From Caecitellus pseudoparvulus (Eukaryota; Protista; Bigyra: Bicosoecida), in the NCBI GenBank assembly GCA_965644315.1, contig CBFFRQ010000094.1:62001-126000 (forward strand): a stretch of 64,000 bases of DNA, written 5' to 3'. Shown one piece after another: positions 57,785 through 64,000 of the stretch (positions are counted from its first letter, which is position 1; the number at the start of each line of letters is the position of its first letter). Both the position numbers and the translations under genes were made by a program. The notes under the pieces are model-generated. The model saw only the letters and a program-made list of their open reading frames with translations. It made no database searches and was not told where the DNA came from.

Positions 57785-60700
57785 CACTAGTAATTTACGT
57801 CTTCGAACCCTCTCTGGCGTAATGAGGAAATGCACATTAGAGCGCTGAACATGAGAAAATGATTGACTAGTGTTGGTGCCAGTGCGAGTTTTCACACGGG
57901 CGGCTGTGCTAGTGCCAAGTCTGTGTTAGTGAAGTGCTTGGCGTGCACCATTTGGGTTGATCTTGCTAGTGTGCCCGGGTTTTGCCAAAACTGTTCACCA
58001 CTCATTTCTCTAGGGGTAGGTTGTGCGCTAGCGCGCTAGACCTTTGCGAAGCGTCGCTAGTGTGAGCGGGGTTGGGAGCTGGTGCAGGGTCAGCTGTACT
58101 AGTGCGAGAGCTGTACTAGTACAGGAGACGTGCCTCCAGCTGCTGCTATGGCAACACACCCACACTAGTGAGCATGAAGCTGGCGGGGCCGCCGACTCTG
58201 TGCACCCTCTCCCTCGTTATTTCAAGCCATGCACGCTTCCTCTTTGGGCCGTGATGGTGTTAGTGGTCTGGGGTGCCCTGCGTCGACTGGCGTTGCGTTT
58301 CGCTGCTGGCCAACGTCTTCGCAACGCCTGCCCCAGGGGGGCCGGGCGGGATTCCTACCTCATCCCCGGCACCCAGTATACCCATCATCACCTAGCTTTA
58401 GGTTTGGTATGTCCCATTGCCCTGCGATGGTCTTTCAGGAGGGTCTGAGCGAGCGCCGCCCAAAGCAGCGTCTGGCCCAAACAGCTGTGACAAGGTGAAA
58501 CGCCACGTGCTGAATTTCAGCCTGTGCAGCCGGTGCCGCATGGCAGGAACGGTGCATGCCCCAGATAGCGAACCTACCCTCCCATGGGTCATGGGTGCGT
58601 GCTGGGCTTCGGGCAATGCGGGCGGCTGGCCCCCACTTCTCGCTCCTGCATTTCCTGGCTTTCTCCACATCCCAGCGTTGCACACACTTCCAGCCCTGAA
58701 CCTGCCGGAATTGCTGCACACCCACCCCAAACGTTCACCATGTCACTCACATTCCCCATGGGGGACCTCCACAGCGAGGAGGGAGCCCAATGGCAAGGGC
58801 CGAGTTCACTGGTGCAGGCGCTCATCTCTGCAATGCTGCCCACCAGCTCATCTGCATCAGAGCCGCCAGCGCCGTGGTGACTCGGAAGCGTCCACGTAGT
58901 GTGGTACGTTCGTCTTTCAGAGCTATCAGCCGTGCTGCCGCCGTCGTTGAGACGCCTTTGATCCTGCAAGGTGACGATGGTGCGGGCAGCTTCCCGCTGC
59001 GTGTGTGACGCTCACGCCTCCACCCGCCTTTCACCCTGACATCGTCTGCAGCCGAGACGGCCACTTTCACATCTTTATATAACAAAGATCTCGTTGGCGC
59101 AGCTGCTTTTGGTAGTATCGCCGCTATAGCTGCCCGTCCTTGCCTGTCAAACGGCTGCTGATGCCACAGCGATCGACGAGTTGCGTTGCAGAAGGCTAAC
59201 GCCAACGCCAACGCCAACGCCAACCCAGAAGCCCTCATGGCAGAGGCCATGGCCGACTGTAGGCCTGTCAAGGCACCCAAGCCGCTTGGTGTCGAAGAGG
59301 AACTTGTTTCGCTGCTGGAGATGGCGACGTCTTCGGGTACTCCTCTCCAACAAGCGATTGTCAAGGCGATGCGCAGCATGTTTGTGTGCTCTGCAACCGA
59401 CAGGCCCTACCTCCACCGCGCAGCTGGTATGGGGCAGGCGAGGATGTCCCATTTGGAGGACGCCGTGTCTCCAGCGGTGAAGGCACAGGTAAGGAAGACC
59501 TCCAAGAAGCATGCTGCGCATGCCGGAGACCACCTTACTGCTATCCTGGAGAAGGAGACTGACGCCGACCCAGTTCCATGGCCCCGAAAGTTCAGGGCAG
59601 AAGGCCGCCGCATCGGAGTCGGCCTCATTTTTGAAAACCCGGACTTCATCTTCGCTGACGCCAAAGTCTTGGTCGACACCCTGCAGGCAGCAATCAACAC
59701 TGTCGCCTCCAAGTAGGACCCTCCCCTCCAGGTGGTTGAAGACTTGGAGGAAGACGGGGAACAGCCAGAAGCACATGACTCGAACCCTGTTCAGCATGAC
59801 ACCAACTTCTCTTCGCCATGGCAGAGTATGTGCCTCGAAAGTGTGCGAGCAGCAGCGAACAAGGCCTCTCTGCAAGAGGAGATGGCCGAGCAGGGTAGTG
59901 TGCTTCGTGCTCTGGAGGACATGGTGTCGGCCAGCAAGCATGCAAAATATGCAGGTCTCGCAAAGACACTGAAGAGTGCCAGCAACAAGTGCCGCGCGAA
60001 GATCACGAGGTGAGTGGACGGGAGGTGTCTGTCATGCCTGCGCAGCACAGGATGGTGCACTCCTCGAGCTCTGCGCAGTGCGGAGTGCCTGGGAAGTTTT
60101 GGGCCGTGGCAAGATATGAAGAGGAAGTACGATCCTGTTCACGAGAAGTGCACTGGAGGGGCGACTGCTCGGTCTGACCACAGCATGACCCTGTTCGAGG
60201 TGTCATCCGAGGATCCCGAATACCGCCACAGCTGGGTGCCCAAGGTGTGTATGGGTATGCCTGTGGACCGGCTGGAGCGAAGCTGTGTCCAGTTGCTGCT
60301 TCTCCACCATAGTTCTTCGTGCCGCAGGTCAGGGGCAACCGAAGGACATCCGACCGCTCTGGGCAGCGCGCATCCTTGCTGGAGGTGGACGTTTGCCGCT
60401 CTCGCATCATTGGAGACGACTCCATCAAGGCTGTCTTCGAGTGCCCACCCCTCGGAGGATCGGGTGCCGCCTGCACCCAGTACGGCCCCAACCTCGATCG
60501 ACTGGAGGAGGCACTTCGCGGCCCGGAAGTTGTCGCCACAGGGGCTCGTGCTGTCTTGGGGTGGATGGAGGCTGCGTACAAAGTCGCTGTCAACTGCTTG
60601 AACATCAAGAACAACCAATGGGTGGTTGATTGTGGGGACCTGGGCAGCCTCACCCCCGCCGACAAGAAGCATGCGTGCTGCATGTTGGCCATGGTGTGGA

Positions 60701-61135
60701 CGTCCCTCCGCATGAAGCACCATGTGCACACGGAGCTGGTCGGGCTTACTCGTCGCCTCGTGTCCGCTTTGGGCTGATGCTCTTTGGCTTGGTTTTGGTG
60801 CCGGAGCATTGAAGCTGAAGTGCTTGTGGTCATTGAACGGCTTTACAGGTGCTTTTGAATGCATGTGGGTCACGGCAGGCTGGCCCTGTTTTACTAGTAA
60901 AGGATGTGCTACTAGGAGGAAGTGCTGCTTGCGGGAGCGCTAGTAGTGCCCAGGGCAGCTGCGCGCACTAGTAGCGCTCCCAGCACGCGGAAATTCACTA
61001 GTGCGAGGCTCCGCCACCACCTCTCACTAGTACAGGCCTGGAGATGCATTCTCACTAGGAGCGCAAATGCCCCTCTCAAATATACTTACATGACCTTTGA
61101 ACTCTGGTGAAAAAGCACGCGTCAAAACTCTGCTA
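57785..61135. mobile_element. Putative second DNA element bracketed by clusters of (A/G)CTAG(T) subterminal-like repeats
   Basis: About 10 CTAG words at 57785-58170 and about 8 at 60893-61137. ACTAGTGCGAG and ACTAGTACAGG occur in both clusters. Confidence 0.5.
59186..60777 (+). pseudogene. Spliced hypothetical gene with one in-frame TAG; 5' end uncertain
   Basis: ORFs 59186 and 59732 are in frame across the TAG at 59714-59716. Introns 60010-60078 and 60245-60327 join the remaining ORF pieces in frame to the TGA at 60777. Confidence 0.5.
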
Positions 61136-62149
61136 GCGGAGCGCTGTCAGGCGGCGGGCCGCCTGCCTCCACGCCACCTCTGCGCAGGCTGGACTCCCTC
61201 GCCCGCGACACGTATACACCACCCCGCCGGCCATTCACAATGCCCGCTGGGAGGATCCATGTCCACGTCTGAGTGCCACATGTTGCACTGGGATAGCCTG
61301 GGCGGTGCGTGGCCCTCAAGCGCTCCTCCTTCGTGCCTGGCACTCCCACACCATCACTCGAGCCACTGCCGCCCCTTCACAGGAATGGAAGACCTGACGG
61401 CCTGATCATGAGGGCCAAGCCCCACTGTGACGCGAGCTCGCCATTGTGAGTGCCCGGGGCTGCCGCGCTGGTGCCTTGTGCAGGAAGCGGCTACGTCGTG
61501 ACTGCAGGTGTCAAGGTGCAGAGCCACGCGAGCATCCTTTCCCTACCTTCACAGGCTCTCCGGGACGCAATGCTGTTGGAGACTTGGCGTGCAACCCTGA
61601 ATGACCATGGGAAGTTCGTGACAGTGCTGGACTACACGAGTGGCTCTCGATGGCAGAGGCGGGCGGCGGGGCAGAGGCATGGCCAGAGGCATCAGTGCTC
61701 CGAGGCGAATGTCGTGGACGCGGGGGCATGCATTGCAGCACACAACGCTGCCTGGCGGAGTATGGCAGGCCAGCGCGAGCTGGAAGGTGCTGCACCCTCC
61801 CCCCCCCCCCACCCCAGCAATGCACAGCCCCAGTTGAGTCGGCGGGTACGCTGGCCACCCCGCCGAGTTGGGGGAACTCGCCGCCTCATCCCGCCGAGCA
61901 AGGTCGCGAAGACTGGCCCTCCGCCGAGTTGCAAATCGGCGCCCTTGAACCCCCACAGAAACTATCATGAAGGTCAAGTTCCGCGGCAGATGCACATGCA
62001 CGAGAAGAGGCCTGCCACCAGGCACACCGCGGGAAGCAGGCTGTTCATCAGACTCATTGCCCCCCGTGCGCGAACAAGGTAGTCGTAACGGTCACAGGCT
62101 TGGTGTGGATCGTCTGCTCCATCCGGGCCAGCTGCCTCTTCCTGGGCGT

Positions 62150-62930
62150 TTTCAAGTGTGCTGGCAGCGCTGGGTACCAGACCAAATCCGAACAAGAGAA
62201 GTACGCCCAGCCACAAAAGCGCGCACGTGTTCCAGAGGCAGCATTCCCTCTCGGTATTCCAGCCTAGAGGCAGGAAAGGACACCTCTCCAACCGCACATA
62301 TCCAGTGTAGCTGCTCCTGCCATAACTCGAATCTCCACCACCTCCCCACGACACAAGAATATCACTTGGAAAGGGGGTTGGAATCACCACTGCCACGCGA
62401 TTGATGCGCGGTGGGGTTCGGGATGTCCTGGCAATCTCACGCTGCAGCGACACCCATGCCAGCTTCGACATGCCGATCATCTCAATGCGCGCCGTGCTCC
62501 CCACTCGCACGCCTACCAATGTCCCACAGCATGTGCATCATCGCCTCGGCACCTTCGGCCATGGGCACCGGGGCGAGCGGGGTGCGGTCCACGTGGCCCC
62601 TGATTGGGCCAAGGCGGCCATCAGGGAAGTAGCGAAGCCAGCATTGTTTGTGAATCTCATCTCAATACGACATACACGCAGCCCCAGACCTCCGCATCAA
62701 GCGCGCGAAGGACACTCCCTATGATACACCCAATCGCGCACACTGCAACACCCACCCGAAGCCCACTTGCCTTCAAACACAGGCATGCCCCTCCACGACT
62801 CTCAACAACGCGCGCAGGAATCCCAGGACACATCCCAATGCAAGACCACACGCCGCTGGTCCACAACCCTTCCCGCTCACCAACGCACTGCGTTTCTTAT
62901 TCAATGCCTGACTCGTCATGTGCCTGCCAG
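62150..62930 (-). pseudogene. Decayed relic of the C-terminal region of a related MULE transposase
   Basis: Translates with stops and frameshifts as VLRALDAEVWGCVYVVLR*DSQ..YFPDGRLGPIRGHVDRTPLAPVPMAEGAEAMMHMLWDIGR. The intact gene has IVRAFDAQGWDCVYVVLGNESQ..CFPDGRLGPVRDQVDHSRLAHVPKAEWTEAVTLMVGDLGR. Confidence 0.85.
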
Positions 62931-62951
62931 CTTGGTGCAGCACGCCATGCC

Positions 62952-64000
62952 TTACCCACACCGCCGCCCAATCGTGGAACCTAAGAGGCCAAAGAGGAGC
63001 TCGGGCATCTGGGGGATTTGAGGGCGCGTGTACCCCGCCTTCTCTGCTCTAGAATACCACAAGGCGGCCTGTATCCTGTCTGGCGTGACACGCGCACCAC
63101 GGGTGTACATGGCGCCCAGCCGTGAGCACGCCTCAGCGGCGTACTCTGCAATACATCGCGCGTCCTCAGACGACGGTCGAAAACTGCCCCGACCAGCATC
63201 GGTGTGGGACTTGAGTTGTCGCAGCTCCCTCGTTGCTTCAGCCAAGAGCCGCTCAGCACGGTCAGCCCGGGACTTTGCTTCTGACACCTCACTTGCCGCC
63301 GCGAGTGCTCGCTCCTCTGCAGCCAGCGCTCGTTTCTTGGCCTCGGCTGCCTGCCGCTCCGCAGCCACAGCGCGCTGCTCTGCAGCGGCCACTCGCGACT
63401 GCACCTGTCCTCGCTGACCCTCAGCTGCCGACGCGCATTGTTCTGCCTCTACAGCGCGTGATTTCGCTGCACTGACCTGGATCCCGGCCGATGCCGCACG
63501 CTGCTCTGCAGCTGCCGCGCGTGCGTTGGCCTCAGATATCGCAACCTGTGCCGCTGCGAGCACAGCTTCCAGCGAGCTGACACTGAGCACAGCTAAGTTG
63601 TCCCCGCTTTCCAGATCCACGGCCCCGTCGTCTGCAGCCAGTGCCTCCCCATGCCGCTGCTCCAGCAGCCTGCGCACAGAGCTCCCCTTTGCGCCCGCAC
63701 ACGTCAGTCGGAAGCCGGGGCCAAGGCCCCACTGCCCACCTGCATGCACGTCAATTGCCTGCATACCAGTCAACGACAAGAGCTCCTTCACCACCGTCGC
63801 GTGGCCGTTTTGACAGGCCAGGCGGAAGGCCAGCTCTTGCTGGGCGTGCACGTCCACAGCCTGGGAGCCCGTCTGCGCGAGCAGTCGCCGTACACGGGAG
63901 CCGCTTCCTTTGCTGCAGGCGGCGATGAAAGGGCTGCCGCCCCCCTCGCCTTCCAGCTCGGACAAGGTATCTTCGCTGGAGCACTGCACCAGTGTGTCAG
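62952..64000 (-). CDS. Ankyrin repeat + Ala-rich coiled coil + Sel1-like repeat protein (5' end outside window)
   Basis: PFIAACSKG...VRRLL, VDVHAQQELAFRLACQNGHATVVKELL, AEQRA heptads and EACSRLGAMYTRGARV..D..QAALWYSRAEKAG. The frame stays open to the window edge. Confidence 0.8.
   Translation of the reverse strand, partial: DTLVQCSSEDTLSELEGEGGGSPFIAACSKGSGSRVRRLLAQTGSQAVDVHAQQELAFRLACQNGHATVVKELLSLTGMQAIDVHAGGQWGLGPGFRLTCAGAKGSSVRRLLEQRHGEALAADDGAVDLESGDNLAVLSVSSLEAVLAAAQVAISEANARAAAAEQRAASAGIQVSAAKSRAVEAEQCASAAEGQRGQVQSRVAAAEQRAVAAERQAAEAKKRALAAEERALAAASEVSEAKSRADRAERLLAEATRELRQLKSHTDAGRGSFRPSSEDARCIAEYAAEACSRLGAMYTRGARVTPDRIQAALWYSRAEKAGYTRPQIPQMPELLFGLLGSTIGRRCG

Noticed and set aside
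54045-59716. TAG reassignment or readthrough suggested by two in-frame TAGs (54045, 59714)
   Set aside because: Both lie in decaying element genes; long host ORFs have no internal TAG and importin beta ends in TAG. Nonsense mutation is simpler.
57785-61003. Canonical CACTA...TAGTG termini
   Set aside because: No candidate pair gave a matching 3-bp TSD or extended TIR, so the superfamily is left unassigned.

Overview
GC-rich eukaryotic DNA with short GT-AG introns (donors typically GTGCG/GTGAG). It comes from a flagellated protist; a heterotrophic stramenopile is my best inference. The window has three parts. (1) 1-17.8 kb: the 5' part of a giant minus-strand cadherin gene, absent from the ORF track because its >17 kb final exon runs off the window. 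It encodes a signal peptide, Cys-rich repeats and about 50 cadherin repeats. (2) 18.3-40.4 kb: a compact housekeeping block, mostly in head-to-head pairs: ACADVL, a double-CRIB PAK kinase, CFAP20, a FANCJ-like helicase, LARP4-like, importin beta, a GT10 fucosyltransferase-like gene with a degenerate donor-binding motif, RIOK2 and TMEM135-like. (3) 40.4-64 kb: an accessory, mobile-element-rich region. It holds an intronless LRR receptor with recently amplified modules and a large Mutator-like (MULE) element. The element's reconstructed ~2,400-aa transposase joins a catalytically dead RecQ-type helicase fold to FAR1/WRKY, MULE-DDE, SWIM and Tudor domains, and a divergent collagen-like/acidic membrane-protein ORF lies next to it. 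Further right are a second putative element bracketed by ACTAGT clusters, a decayed copy of the transposase C-terminus, and an ankyrin/coiled-coil/Sel1 gene. The pseudo-RecQ-MULE-Tudor element is the best candidate for an undescribed system. All assignments come from motif recognition by eye; no searches were run.
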